Below are positions 1 through 9,471 of a DNA stretch of 64,000 bases, one piece after another. The DNA comes from Microgenomates group bacterium Gr01-1014_5 (GTDB taxonomy: Bacteria; Patescibacteriota; Microgenomatia; UBA8517; UBA10165): assembly GCA_007376395.1 (NCBI GenBank), contig VMGE01000001.1, forward strand, positions 25,635 through 89,634, written 5' to 3'. The position numbers were made by a program, and so were the translations under genes. How positions within the stretch are numbered: the stretch's first letter is position 1; each line of letters begins with the position of its first letter. The notes beneath the pieces are model-generated. The model saw only the letters and a list, made by a program, of their open reading frames with translations, was not told where the DNA came from and made no database searches.

Positions 1-41
1 ACATAGGTACGAGAAATGGATTTACAGGATCTCATTATGTA

Positions 42-284
42 TTGGGGCTAGAAACACGAATGATATCTAGTGGTCCGGAAATAGGTGTTATTATCGATTA
101 TAGTTATGTCCTGGGAGAAGAGGGAAAATATTTAAAACAGAGAGCGATAAATGACCAAAGGCCAAGTAGAGTAACGTACTCTACTGACGTAACACCAACA
201 GAATTGGAAACTATTGGAGCATGGATAAATGCACTTCGACAAAGACTAGCTTCTTTTGAAGAAAAATTACCCACTTCCACTTAA
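42..284 (+). CDS. hypothetical small protein
   Basis: 80-aa ORF in the track; no recognisable motif. Confidence 0.3.
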   Translation: MGLETRMISSGPEIGVIIDYSYVLGEEGKYLKQRAINDQRPSRVTYSTDVTPTELETIGAWINALRQRLASFEEKLPTST

Positions 285-329
285 AGATTAATTTTTCTTA
301 TAATATTCTTACCTGCCTTTATGTCAAAT

Positions 330-660
330 GAATCTTAAATTACTTTTTACTCTATGGTCATATAAAAAAGAGCTAAAACTCGTTGCTTTTTCTTCGGGAG
401 TAATCTTGAAGGTTAAATAGGTTTCAAAATCCTCCCAGATGGTGCACCTTTTGTGCCCATATAACAAGGAAGACCAAAGGTTTGCACCTCTGGCCTTCCA
501 AACCTCTCGAAACCTTGCGGTTTCTCGAGGTAAACTCTCCCAAGCCTTGCGGCTCGGAGAGAGTGAAGTTCCACTCCGCCTTTCGGCTTCGTGGAACAAA
601 ACCCCGAAGTCATATAGGTTTAAAGCTATAAACCTCAGGATCTAACTAGCACTATAACAT
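330..660 (-). ncRNA. candidate structured GC-rich ncRNA (unknown family)
   Basis: GC-rich patch in AT-rich DNA covered by three mutually overlapping ORFs. Several consecutive hairpins (ctcgaaacc-ttgc-ggtttctcgag; ctctcc..aagcc-ttgc-ggctcgg..agagag; gttccac..ccgcc-tttc-ggc..gtggaac) have loops that read as GNRA tetraloops (GCAA, GCAA, GAAA) on the minus strand. Confidence 0.3.
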
Positions 661-790
661 CCTATTTGCCAAATGTCAAGTATTAGAGGATACGAACAAT
701 ATGCGTAACCATACTTGATGCTCGCACGAAAGAGGTTACGCATAAATTTTAAATTATAAATTTCAAATTTTAAATTCCAGCGTAGCTGGT

Positions 791-1402
791 CTATTCCATC
801 TGCCCTAAGAATTGGTTCACGCCCGCTGCCCAGCTTCCGGGAGAGCTTGGAGTATACTTCTTCATAATTTGCTCAGGGGTAACATACCCGCGGTCTATAT
901 AATCCTCCTTAAGGCCGCTTGCAACTGTTTCTAAGGCTTCAGGGTAACTATCGAACTTAAGTGTGCCTCTCTCATGAATACCCCACCCCCAGCAGTTGTA
1001 AGAGCTTTCGGGGATTTTTTTACACAGGTTTGATTCCTGTTGCGCAATAGCAACTAAAAGTCTAAAGTCTAGGCCATATTTTTCAGAAACAGCCACAACC
1101 TCTGCTGAATATGGCTCTAAAGGCGATTTATAGTTCGCCAGATACTGCCTGATAATCTCGGCGCGGGCGTCAGCGGCCGTTGCCGCGCCTTGAACCTGAC
1201 CTGTTGAACTTGGCAAGGCGGCATAAACCTGAGTACCGTATTTAGGCGAAGCAAGCGCATTTAAATTATTAGTTTGCGGTTCAATAAGCTCTATAGACTG
1301 CTTTGTATCGTATTTAGAAAGGGCGGAAGAGGTAAAAAGAGTTACAGCTAAGGTTAGCGGTGTTAAAGTGAAAAAGGTAACGATGTAGAGTATGTTGCGC
1401 AT
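791..1402 (-). CDS. membrane-anchored/secreted cell-wall hydrolase-like protein (SLT lytic transglycosylase / glucosaminidase-like motif LLVAIAQQESN)
   Basis: N-terminal hydrophobic anchor; ...DFRLLVAIAQQESNLC... resembles the catalytic E-S region of lytic transglycosylases. Confidence 0.45.
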   Translation of the reverse strand: MRNILYIVTFFTLTPLTLAVTLFTSSALSKYDTKQSIELIEPQTNNLNALASPKYGTQVYAALPSSTGQVQGAATAADARAEIIRQYLANYKSPLEPYSAEVVAVSEKYGLDFRLLVAIAQQESNLCKKIPESSYNCWGWGIHERGTLKFDSYPEALETVASGLKEDYIDRGYVTPEQIMKKYTPSSPGSWAAGVNQFLGQME

Positions 1403-1478
1403 TTAAGGCATACTGCCTCCATTAAGAATGCCATTTTGATACCTTTAAGTCAAGTTATGTGATAAAATATGCCTGTAA

Positions 1479-1553
1479 GCCTCTATAGCTTAACGGATAA
1501 AGTAACCGTCTTCGGAACGGTTGATGGGGGTTCGATTCCCTCTAGGGGCACCA
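1479..1553 (+). tRNA. tRNA-Arg (anticodon TCG), CCA encoded
   Basis: Cloverleaf folded by hand: acceptor GCCTCTA/TAGGGGC, anticodon stem ACCGT/ACGGT with loop CTTCGGA, T-loop TTCGATT, 3' ACCA. Confidence 0.85.
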
Positions 1554-1777
1554 AGAAAGAATTAGGGTCATGCAATACACTGATTAGCTCGATATAAGGT
1601 ACTAATTTAGGTGTTCCATACTTTAACTCTTGATAGGCGGTTACTTCATCAAATAATATCCCAAAATACTCTGCATTTTTGTAATCACTTCTTTCGCAAT
1701 GTAAATACAAAATTTTCTCTTTCGTTAAGTACAAACGTACATGCTTTTTAACATTTTATTCATGCTATGTCAATAAA

Positions 1778-2659
1778 ATGTACTGGATGAGTAAATCGGT
1801 GACACTTCCTGGTAATAGGTATCAAGAAACTCTAACCTCTGAATACTTATTTTTACATGATTTGTTTCTATTATATTCTTCTATAATCTTCATTTTTAGA
1901 GCAAGCATCACATGTGATATACTTGGAAGTGTGGATCAGGATCGTAAAAGTTTAAGAAAAAAAGCTATTTTACTAAGAAAAGATGGGCTAAGTTACAACG
2001 AAATAAAGAATAAGATTGGTACTTCTAAGAGCACTTTAAGTTATTGGCTTAAGAATGTACCTTTAAGCCTCGAACACAAAAAGCGTTTATATACGAGACA
2101 AATTCAAATTCTATCAATAGGACCCCACAGTCAAAGAGAAAGAAGAAAGATAGAGATAGATAAAATTATCAACGATGCTTCTCTAGAAATTAAATTACCT
2201 ATTAGTCTAGACTCATATCGTTTAGCGGGTGCTTTTTTGTATTGGGCAGAGGGTAGTAAAAAAAGTACGTTGCAAATTACTAATTCTGATCCTTATATCA
2301 TTCTGTTTATGGTAAAGTGGTTAAAAGAAGTATTTAATATTCACCCCAGAAACCTTAAAGCATGGCTAAACATTTACTCCCAACAGAATGATATTAAAAA
2401 CAAAAAGTTTTGGTCAGAGCTTACTGGTATACCATTCGAAAATTTTGGCAAGAGTTATATTAAGCCTCTAAATAAAGGTTATAAAAAGAATAATTTGTAT
2501 TACGGGACAATAAAAATAGCTGTCCCTAAAAGCGTCAATATGAAGCATAGAATTTTTGGGTGGGTAAAAGCGACTCTTGTTGATATTGAATCTGAAACAA
2601 GATTAATTAAACAAAAATGGCAGAGGCTGAGTGGAATAAAAAGACCAATTAATTTATAA
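1778..2659 (+). CDS. HTH + degenerate LAGLIDADG-like (homing-endonuclease-fold) protein between two tRNA genes
   Basis: Resolvase-type HTH (LRKDGLSYNEIKNKIGTSKSTLSYWLK) followed by LAGAFLYWAEGSKKSTLQITNSDPYIILFMVKWL, matching the LAGLIDADG-GS.. pattern with the acidic residues replaced. The true start is probably downstream of 1778. Confidence 0.45.
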   Translation: MYWMSKSVTLPGNRYQETLTSEYLFLHDLFLLYSSIIFIFRASITCDILGSVDQDRKSLRKKAILLRKDGLSYNEIKNKIGTSKSTLSYWLKNVPLSLEHKKRLYTRQIQILSIGPHSQRERRKIEIDKIINDASLEIKLPISLDSYRLAGAFLYWAEGSKKSTLQITNSDPYIILFMVKWLKEVFNIHPRNLKAWLNIYSQQNDIKNKKFWSELTGIPFENFGKSYIKPLNKGYKKNNLYYGTIKIAVPKSVNMKHRIFGWVKATLVDIESETRLIKQKWQRLSGIKRPINL

Positions 2660-2679
2660 TATACCTTGCGAGAATCTCT

Positions 2680-2754
2680 GGACCGCTAGCTCAATGGTAG
2701 AGCAACCGGCTCTTAACCGGTAGGTTTTGGGTTCGAATCCCAGGCGGTTCACCA
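2680..2754 (+). tRNA. tRNA-Lys (anticodon CTT), CCA encoded
   Basis: Acceptor GGACCGC/GCGGTTC with G-T wobble, D-loop AGCTCAATGGTAGAGC, anticodon loop CTCTTAA, T-loop TTCGAAT. Confidence 0.85.
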
Positions 2755-2769
2755 AGCATTTAAAATATT

Positions 2770-3039
2770 ATGAGCAAAGAAATTTGGAGAATACGAGGTT
2801 ATGACCAGTTTGAAGGTGAGTATTACAACCTGACTGGTGAATTCGTCAGCGAAGACATTGCCAAAGAAGCGGCTTTAGCTCGATTTAAGCTTTTAGAAAT
2901 CGTTCAACCTCATACCCAAAGTGGTGGTCAGGATGATCTTGGAATACAAGACCGTGTTTTTGTAGTAAGACCAGACGGAACACAATACCGCTTTCTTCCT
3001 GTAGAACCTGAACATTTCGTGAAGCTTCAAACAGACTGA
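2770..3039 (+). CDS. hypothetical protein
   Basis: 89-aa ORF; no motif recognised. Confidence 0.35.
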   Translation: MSKEIWRIRGYDQFEGEYYNLTGEFVSEDIAKEAALARFKLLEIVQPHTQSGGQDDLGIQDRVFVVRPDGTQYRFLPVEPEHFVKLQTD

Positions 3040-3482
3040 ATCCTGGCTTTTTCTTCTAGTCGGTCTCTCCCCAGACTTATGAGTACATAAGGACTAATAT
3101 CTTGAAATCTTACTCTTGCTCCCCTTGTATTAAGATTTGCTCGCGTACCCTCATCCATCCCGCCCCATAAGGTTTGTGCGCCTTCAGATAAACATCTTAA
3201 TACACAGCCTGCATCCATCTTGGTTGCTGCTGCAAGTTCCCTTAGCGTGATTCCCGTAGTTATATCAAAAGCTACTAGGCGATGTGTTCCATTACTGGTT
3301 CTTTCAGTACCTATTACTACAACCTCAGTGGATTCTAGATTTGGTTTATCTATTCCCTTTGAACCATAAATCGCGTATTGCTGTGTAGGGACGCGAGCAA
3401 GACCGTCTGCGTTTACGACCGTAAAACCTGTTCTGGGTAATGCTTCCGACTCTCTCCTTCTTGCGTACTCCATTTGAGGCAT
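3027..3482 (-). CDS. hypothetical protein (GC-richer than its flanks)
   Basis: 151-aa ORF of coherent composition; no family recognised. Confidence 0.35.
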   Translation of the reverse strand: MPQMEYARRRESEALPRTGFTVVNADGLARVPTQQYAIYGSKGIDKPNLESTEVVVIGTERTSNGTHRLVAFDITTGITLRELAAATKMDAGCVLRCLSEGAQTLWGGMDEGTRANLNTRGARVRFQDISPYVLISLGRDRLEEKARIQSV

Positions 3483-3532
3483 TTTACTAATGTTTTAGCC
3501 TAAAGTCAAAAATTTTAGGTATAATTCTCTTT

Positions 3533-4606
3533 GTGGAAGATATTCAAAAAAGAATAACAGACATTGAAAAGGAAATTCGGGAGACGCCGTATCACAAAGG
3601 TACAGAGCACCACATAGGTCTTTTGCGAGCCCGTCTGTCCAAGCTTAAAGATCAGTTAATCGAATCTGGAACAAAAAAATCTAGTGGAGGCGTCGGTGGA
3701 TTTGCTGTTAAGAAGCAAGGAGACGCAACTGTCGTTTTAGTCGGCTTCCCTTCTGTTGGCAAATCTACCTTACTTAACAAGCTCACAAATGCCAGTTCCC
3801 GCGTTGCCCCGTATTCGTTTACAACAGTAACAGTTATTCCGGGAATGATGCACTTTCAGGGAGCAAGAATACAAATTTTAGATGTTCCCGGACTGATTGA
3901 AGGCGCCTCTAGCGGGAAAGGACGCGGGCGCGAGGTCTTGTCGGTGGTCAGAAGCGCGGATCTTTTATTGATTATGTCGGACGCGAAACATCCAGGTGAT
4001 TTCGAAAAAATAATTTCAGAGCTGGATAAAAATGGAGTTAAAGTAAACGAAGTCAGACCGCAAGTGGAAATTAGAAAAACTTCAACAGGTGGTCTTAGAA
4101 TTAATTTTGCGGCCAAACAAGATATATCGGAAGAAACGATAAAGGATATCTGCCGCGAATTTAGAGTTTCCAACGCTGAAATAATTATCAAAGAAAAATT
4201 AAACATGGAGCGTTTAATCGATGCATTTTCTCTTAACAGAATTTATATTCCCGCGCTTTACATCTTGTCAAAAAGCGACTTGCTGGAAAGCGCTAATATC
4301 CCTGAGGACGCGATTATGATTAGCGCGGAAAAAGAAAAAGGACTAGAAGACTTAAAATACACGGTTTGGGAAAAATTAGGTATGGTTCGTGTATACCTTA
4401 AAGGCAGGGGCGGAATTACGGACTATGAGGATCCGCTGATCGTTAATAAATCATATTCACTAAACGAAGTAATGCTGAAAGTTGGTAATGAATTTGCAGA
4501 AAACAAGAAAGGCGCGAAGATTTGGGGGCCTGGTTCCCGTTTTCCCGGTCAGTCTGTTTCCTTGTCAACGCTGGTTGTAGACCAAATGGAAGTAGAGTTT
4601 GTGTGA
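3533..4606 (+). CDS. Drg/Obg-family GTPase with C-terminal TGS domain
   Basis: N-terminal HKGTEHHIGLLRARLSKLK (DRG signature), G1 GFPSVGKSTLLN, G3 DVPG, C-terminal TGS-like region. GTG start 7 nt after a TATAAT box. Confidence 0.8.
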   Translation: MEDIQKRITDIEKEIRETPYHKGTEHHIGLLRARLSKLKDQLIESGTKKSSGGVGGFAVKKQGDATVVLVGFPSVGKSTLLNKLTNASSRVAPYSFTTVTVIPGMMHFQGARIQILDVPGLIEGASSGKGRGREVLSVVRSADLLLIMSDAKHPGDFEKIISELDKNGVKVNEVRPQVEIRKTSTGGLRINFAAKQDISEETIKDICREFRVSNAEIIIKEKLNMERLIDAFSLNRIYIPALYILSKSDLLESANIPEDAIMISAEKEKGLEDLKYTVWEKLGMVRVYLKGRGGITDYEDPLIVNKSYSLNEVMLKVGNEFAENKKGAKIWGPGSRFPGQSVSLSTLVVDQMEVEFV

Positions 4607-4658
4607 ATGATATTTTTCCAATCCGGAAAACTTAAGCCTTGGATTATTCCACATGATC

Positions 4659-4934
4659 TTATCTTTTAATTTCTTCTAAAACACGAATTTCATATCGCCA
4701 CGGAGTTCCTACATGCCTAATACCAACATATTTTCTTTCTCCTTTGGTACTTTCAAGTAAAACTAGACTTGTGTCCACATCTGGTATTGGTTTATCTGAC
4801 AAGAACCTATTCTCTAATACAGTAGGGATTCTGGATTCTCCTCCGGAGTAATTCAAAACTACTTTCAATAAATCAACGGATGTATCATCAGATTTTTTAT
4901 ATGGATGTATCTCTATGGATGTCAGTATGCCCAT
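4659..4934 (-). CDS. hypothetical protein (possibly a fragment of a longer disrupted gene together with 5024-5506)
   Basis: 91-aa ORF directly downstream of, and on the same strand as, 5024-5506. Confidence 0.3.
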   Translation of the reverse strand: MGILTSIEIHPYKKSDDTSVDLLKVVLNYSGGESRIPTVLENRFLSDKPIPDVDTSLVLLESTKGERKYVGIRHVGTPWRYEIRVLEEIKR

Positions 4935-5023
4935 TCCTAAAGTACCACCCGGTAATTGGATGGCAGCAGCTCCATCTCTATCCTGAACTTTTCTACTGAT
5001 TTCAGTAAGTTTTCTACCAAAGT

Positions 5024-5506
5024 CTACCTGAGGATAACTAGCTCTCCACCCGCCATGTGAGAAGGTTGTCGGTTCAAACCCAGCGTTGGAGTTTCCTTTT
5101 CAAATTTAGCCTTATCATCTTTCTTTTTTTGAATATTTCTCGCCTGTTCTTCTTCATATCTTTGCCAAGCTTCAGGAGAATAGTTTGCATCATAAAGAGC
5201 TTTTACAACGCTTCCTGCAACAATCAAAGGGACTCCAACGATAAGCCCTTTTTTTGCAGCACCTTTTGCGGCGTTTGTGAAAAACCTTCTCCTGGACAAT
5301 TGATCCTTGAGCTGAGCTACTTCTTCTTGCTGTGCAAGGAGATCCCTTAGGGTAACTAAGTTTCCGCCGAGTTCAACAGATAAAGGAAAAGAAATAAGAT
5401 TGTGATCTTGAAGTGCATTTATTATTCGTGGTCCAAGCTCCCCAACCTCTATACTAGATACTGGTTTAGACTTGAAAGCTTCGGATCTTGATCTTTTCTC
5501 TAACAT
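5024..5506 (-). CDS. membrane-anchored protein with HhH / RNA polymerase alpha-CTD-like motif
   Basis: PRIINALQDHNLISFPLSVELGGNLVTLRDLL resembles the HhH of alpha-CTD; hydrophobic segment GLIVGVPLIVAGSVV. Confidence 0.35.
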   Translation of the reverse strand: MLEKRSRSEAFKSKPVSSIEVGELGPRIINALQDHNLISFPLSVELGGNLVTLRDLLAQQEEVAQLKDQLSRRRFFTNAAKGAAKKGLIVGVPLIVAGSVVKALYDANYSPEAWQRYEEEQARNIQKKKDDKAKFEKETPTLGLNRQPSHMAGGELVILR

Positions 5507-5665
5507 ACGGGATATATAATATCAAAGCTGCGCTCAATCTGCAAACTATGGGGATCACACCTCCTTAAAATATATACTTTGCGTCAAGTGGGTAAGTATG
5601 TGACCTGTACAAAGTATTGACAAAGTCCCCTTTTCTGACTACAATCTGACTATAACCTGACTAAT

Positions 5666-7033
5666 ATGGCTGTAAAGTCTCATAAGTTGGAGTTCGACCC
5701 GCCCTTGCCTCTTGCGACGCTGAAGTCCTACGCCGAGGAAATTTTTACACCGATAAGGCGTGGGGAGTGCGTTTCTACTATTTGGGTTCCTATGGCCGGA
5801 CGCAGGGTGAGAAATAAATTTATTATCTCCTACCCCGAACTTTTTAAAAGTGAAATCGGGAATCAAAACTATCTTCTCGTTTATGTTGAACCGCTAGAAT
5901 TAACAGAAGAGTCACATCTGGGGTTTTTTAAGCTGCTTGCTCAATCAGTAGCTGAGACTTTTCACAACTCTCACTCTGACGAAAAACTTGCCAATCCAAA
6001 AGAATACTACTTTTCTGCCTCAGAATATTCTGATCAACAAACTAGATTAAAGTCCCTTTTGAAAGAAATTATCGCTAAAGGTATAGAGATAGTACTTTTT
6101 ATTGGTGAGTTTGACGAGTTAAATTTTGCCGACTCTGTACTTTACAACAACTTAAAAGCTGTTTGGGCAAGTCTCGCTGGAAAATTACACTTCGTCTTTC
6201 TTTTACAAAAAGACTTAACCAAACCAGAGCATGTAGCCGAGTATGGCGACTTTAATGAAGTACTAATGCAAAACGTTGTTTACGTTCCACTTTTACTAAT
6301 CAACGATATAGATTACTTGTTAGATTATTTTTCCAAAGAACTCTCGAGAGAATTTTCGCCAGAAGAAAGGAACTTAATTATTGAAGTTTGCGGTGGACAC
6401 CCTTTTCTCATTAAGGCTTGTACCCGCATCATCGCGTTTTTAAACGGTAACAAGATAAGCACTGAGGAGCTAAGAGAGCTCTTGATCTCTCACTACGAAC
6501 CGCGTTCTGCGTGTCAAAGGTTTTTTGATTTGCTGTCACAAGAAGAACAGCAAGAGTTAAAGAAAATAGTTAGTGATAAAGTTACAGATCTTCCGAGCGT
6601 GCTTAAAGTTTTAATGAAACTTGGTCTCGTTGTCAAAAACGGTGATTACTGGATGCCTTTTGGTCAACTTTTTGAATCTGCTATTAAATCCTTGAGTCAG
6701 GATAACTCTGTGCAGGTGGAAGCATCAAGCGGCCTTACCTTCCAAGAAAAAAACGGTGCAATTTTTATTGCGGGTAAAAACGTTGAAGACAAGTTTACGC
6801 GGCAAGAGTACGAAGTATTACGCTTTTTGCTATCAGATCCTGAAAAATTACGTTCGAGGGACGAAATAGGAGAGGCGATGTGGGGAAAGCTGGCGTATGA
6901 CAAATACTCTGACTGGGCAATAGATCAGGCAATGAGTAAAATCCGCAAAAAATTAAAAAAATTAGGAGCGGACAAATATTTAATAACAGTTCGCGGTAGG
7001 GGGTATAAATTAGCTACTTTTTCGGAAAGTTAA
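5666..7033 (+). CDS. transcriptional regulator: N-terminal NTPase/STAND-like region fused to C-terminal OmpR/PhoB-type winged-helix DNA-binding domain
   Basis: C-terminus TRQEYEVLRFLLSDPEKLRSRDEIGEAMWG...DQAMSKIRKKL...ITVRGRGYKL is a classic trans_reg_C domain. Confidence 0.55.
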   Translation: MAVKSHKLEFDPPLPLATLKSYAEEIFTPIRRGECVSTIWVPMAGRRVRNKFIISYPELFKSEIGNQNYLLVYVEPLELTEESHLGFFKLLAQSVAETFHNSHSDEKLANPKEYYFSASEYSDQQTRLKSLLKEIIAKGIEIVLFIGEFDELNFADSVLYNNLKAVWASLAGKLHFVFLLQKDLTKPEHVAEYGDFNEVLMQNVVYVPLLLINDIDYLLDYFSKELSREFSPEERNLIIEVCGGHPFLIKACTRIIAFLNGNKISTEELRELLISHYEPRSACQRFFDLLSQEEQQELKKIVSDKVTDLPSVLKVLMKLGLVVKNGDYWMPFGQLFESAIKSLSQDNSVQVEASSGLTFQEKNGAIFIAGKNVEDKFTRQEYEVLRFLLSDPEKLRSRDEIGEAMWGKLAYDKYSDWAIDQAMSKIRKKLKKLGADKYLITVRGRGYKLATFSES

Positions 7034-9261
7034 GCCGCGATTGTATGTAGATGTCTCCTCATCTCTTCTAAAGAGTTCTGGTAAATTTGATTAACACTAA
7101 AGTAATGTTGAGGAGGTGGAAGATCGCGGCGAGCCCTTTCTGCTTCAAGACTCCAGTGTTTCTTAAAATAGAAATGCCATCCTGGAGAAACATGACTACT
7201 GCTTCCCGTTGAGTGGAGTTCGTTAATGGCCGCCGTTGAGCTCGAGAAAGGTGTTCCCGGAGTCAGAATTATATTTTCTAAACCAGTTTCTGCTTGTAAG
7301 TGCCCTAGATTTTTAAGGGCTCGCTCCAGGTGCCCTCTTCTAACGACAGCGATTCCGCCATCTTCTTTCACTCTTCTGGGTTGTTGCGCTCTTGGAGCAA
7401 GTTTTCCAGTTTTAGCATCCCATTTTATACCATCCGGCCCGAAGAGATAGGTGTGAGATATTTGTACAACTGCCCTCCGCTGGGCTTTTCTTAAATCAGT
7501 AACGACCTTACTCCTTAGCACATTTATCGTTTCTTCTACTCTGTCTTCGAGACTTAAAGGAATCATTGGATCCGGCTGTAGTAAAGTGGTTACCATAACC
7601 TTTGTTTTATCAATTCTTCCAGCGGTAAGCTCAAAACAGATAGAAGATACTCTTTCATCAATTCGACCTACCCTAGAGGGAATTTTTGGATAATTAGGTA
7701 TACCTGATGCGTCTAACATTGGAACAATAAGTATCATTCTGTAAATCGGCCTACCTTGCTCATCGCATTGCGGTAGGGTTTTCATATGTTCTAGTCGAAT
7801 TTCGATTAAATCCCTATGTCCCCTCGTACATGGTCCTAGGGTTCCAGTTAACACATCTACCTGCATTCTGTATGTTTCAGGAGTTAATATTTTTGCATAA
7901 TCTTGTTCTCCTGCATCAAGCCATTTTTCTTCACTAAATCTGTCATATAGTTTTCTTGTAGCCTCGGCGTCTGCTATTAACCCGCAAGCTTTTGCTTCTT
8001 CTATAAAGGCATCCTGAAGTTCAGGATAATCCTTTAATTTTGCAACAAGCGGACCCACATCTCCTATTCCGATTGATTCAGCCATTTTGACTAAACCTTT
8101 GGAGGTGCGATATATATCCCCGCGTTCTCTTACAAGTCTTGCCGCAAGAGTAGCAAAGTCGCCGGGTTTTGGTATAAGAGCCTCTTCTCTAGCAGTGAAT
8201 ATTGAAGTCTGGTGGGCTTCACTATATACCTCGCCATATCTAAGCTCAAGAGTTGCTGCAAGCTCTATAAACCCATCCCGAATATCTGTATTTTTATATG
8301 CGCTGTGAAGTTTCAAGGCAATATCTCTTATACATCTGCGCAGAGAGAAAAAGGTATTAAAAATAAACTCTTTATCTCTTCCTTGAACCACAGGAGGTTT
8401 ATAGAGATCGAGATGGGTTTGCGAATCCAGAAAGGAAGTAAAATTAATTAATACTTTAAGAAAACCCAAGGCGTCTCTGGCTCCATTTTCCGTTCTACAT
8501 TGTCGAATAACCCATTCTTTTAGAATTACTTCAGACTCCTCGTGCTTTAAAGACTGTAGAGTGTCGAGGAGCTGTTCCGGTACAACACCTCCATAATTTA
8601 CTTGATTTTGAATATCTGTAGTTTTTGTTTTAACAACAAGCCCGGTTATACTTAACTCAATTGGATCTATTAGTTGAGCAGTTACAGAATCAGGTTCGCT
8701 AAGAATGATATTAGTCATGACCTCATCAAGTGTTTTAGCTGACAATATCTCAGCAGGAGGGGCTGGTTGTGAATACCACTCAGATGGAGTATCTTTTCGC
8801 TTGGGATGAAGGGCAATTGCTAATAATTGGTCTGCTATATCTGGAACAGCAGATCTTTTTTCAAGTTTATTGCAACAGGGTAAATCACGCAATTTACCTC
8901 CAAGCCACCAAGCATACGGATTTTTATCAGGTCTCCTTTTATGGTTTGTAGCAACATCTTCTTCTATTTGTTCACGAGAGGGTTTTTCGCAGGCATCGAG
9001 AAGTCTGACAACTTCAGGTCCAGGTATAACGAATGTACCTATTTTTAAAGGTCTTTCAGAGTGTGCTCTATCGTCAAGAAATTGAATGAGCTTATCGCTC
9101 CAGGTTTCCCGAATATTTAGTTGCGGACGCTGTTCCCTTCGATGTGACCTTCGGGCGAGATATCCTACATTCTCGTGGCCTTCAAGAACAAGACTTCTGG
9201 GTTCTCTATCAAATCGCGGCGACATAAAGTTTTGGGTAGGAGATATTAAAAAGGCCTCCAA
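7030..9261 (-). CDS. large hypothetical protein with embedded nucleotidylyltransferase (HxGH/HIGH-like, NMNAT/cytidylyltransferase-like) motif
   Basis: GTLGPCTRGHRDLIEIRLE....IYRMILIVPM resembles GTFDxxHxGH...LvVav of cytidylyl/adenylyltransferases. GC content is clearly above the neighbours. Confidence 0.4.
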   Translation of the reverse strand: MEAFLISPTQNFMSPRFDREPRSLVLEGHENVGYLARRSHRREQRPQLNIRETWSDKLIQFLDDRAHSERPLKIGTFVIPGPEVVRLLDACEKPSREQIEEDVATNHKRRPDKNPYAWWLGGKLRDLPCCNKLEKRSAVPDIADQLLAIALHPKRKDTPSEWYSQPAPPAEILSAKTLDEVMTNIILSEPDSVTAQLIDPIELSITGLVVKTKTTDIQNQVNYGGVVPEQLLDTLQSLKHEESEVILKEWVIRQCRTENGARDALGFLKVLINFTSFLDSQTHLDLYKPPVVQGRDKEFIFNTFFSLRRCIRDIALKLHSAYKNTDIRDGFIELAATLELRYGEVYSEAHQTSIFTAREEALIPKPGDFATLAARLVRERGDIYRTSKGLVKMAESIGIGDVGPLVAKLKDYPELQDAFIEEAKACGLIADAEATRKLYDRFSEEKWLDAGEQDYAKILTPETYRMQVDVLTGTLGPCTRGHRDLIEIRLEHMKTLPQCDEQGRPIYRMILIVPMLDASGIPNYPKIPSRVGRIDERVSSICFELTAGRIDKTKVMVTTLLQPDPMIPLSLEDRVEETINVLRSKVVTDLRKAQRRAVVQISHTYLFGPDGIKWDAKTGKLAPRAQQPRRVKEDGGIAVVRRGHLERALKNLGHLQAETGLENIILTPGTPFSSSTAAINELHSTGSSSHVSPGWHFYFKKHWSLEAERARRDLPPPQHYFSVNQIYQNSLEEMRRHLHTIAA

Positions 9262-9471
9262 GAGGAGTCCTTTTAAAGTTGCCTTATTGTACTCGGATAT
9301 AGGGTGTAATTCAACTTTTACAAGCTTTCTTTGGTCAGACTTCTAGGCATGACTAGTTAGATTGAGGTGAGATACAGCTCAAGTATGTGTACTTTATGTA
9401 GGCTATGATTTGTTTATTCCTAAAAAAAGAAAGAAGAAATACTAAAATGATATCTAGATCGCCGCCATAAA

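Noticed and set aside
324-645. Three overlapping ORFs (324-599 -, 413-613 -, 439-645 +) as protein-coding genes
   Set aside because: They overlap one another on both strands inside a GC-rich hairpin-dense patch. Treated as a structured-RNA candidate instead.
1483-1734. 83-aa ORF on the minus strand
   Set aside because: Its 3' third is the reverse complement of tRNA-Arg(TCG). Most likely a spurious antisense ORF.
3856-4206. 116-aa minus-strand ORF
   Set aside because: Lies entirely antisense within the well-supported Drg GTPase gene.
8087-9346. Several 60-86-aa + strand ORFs
   Set aside because: Antisense within the 743-aa gene 7030-9261. No motifs.
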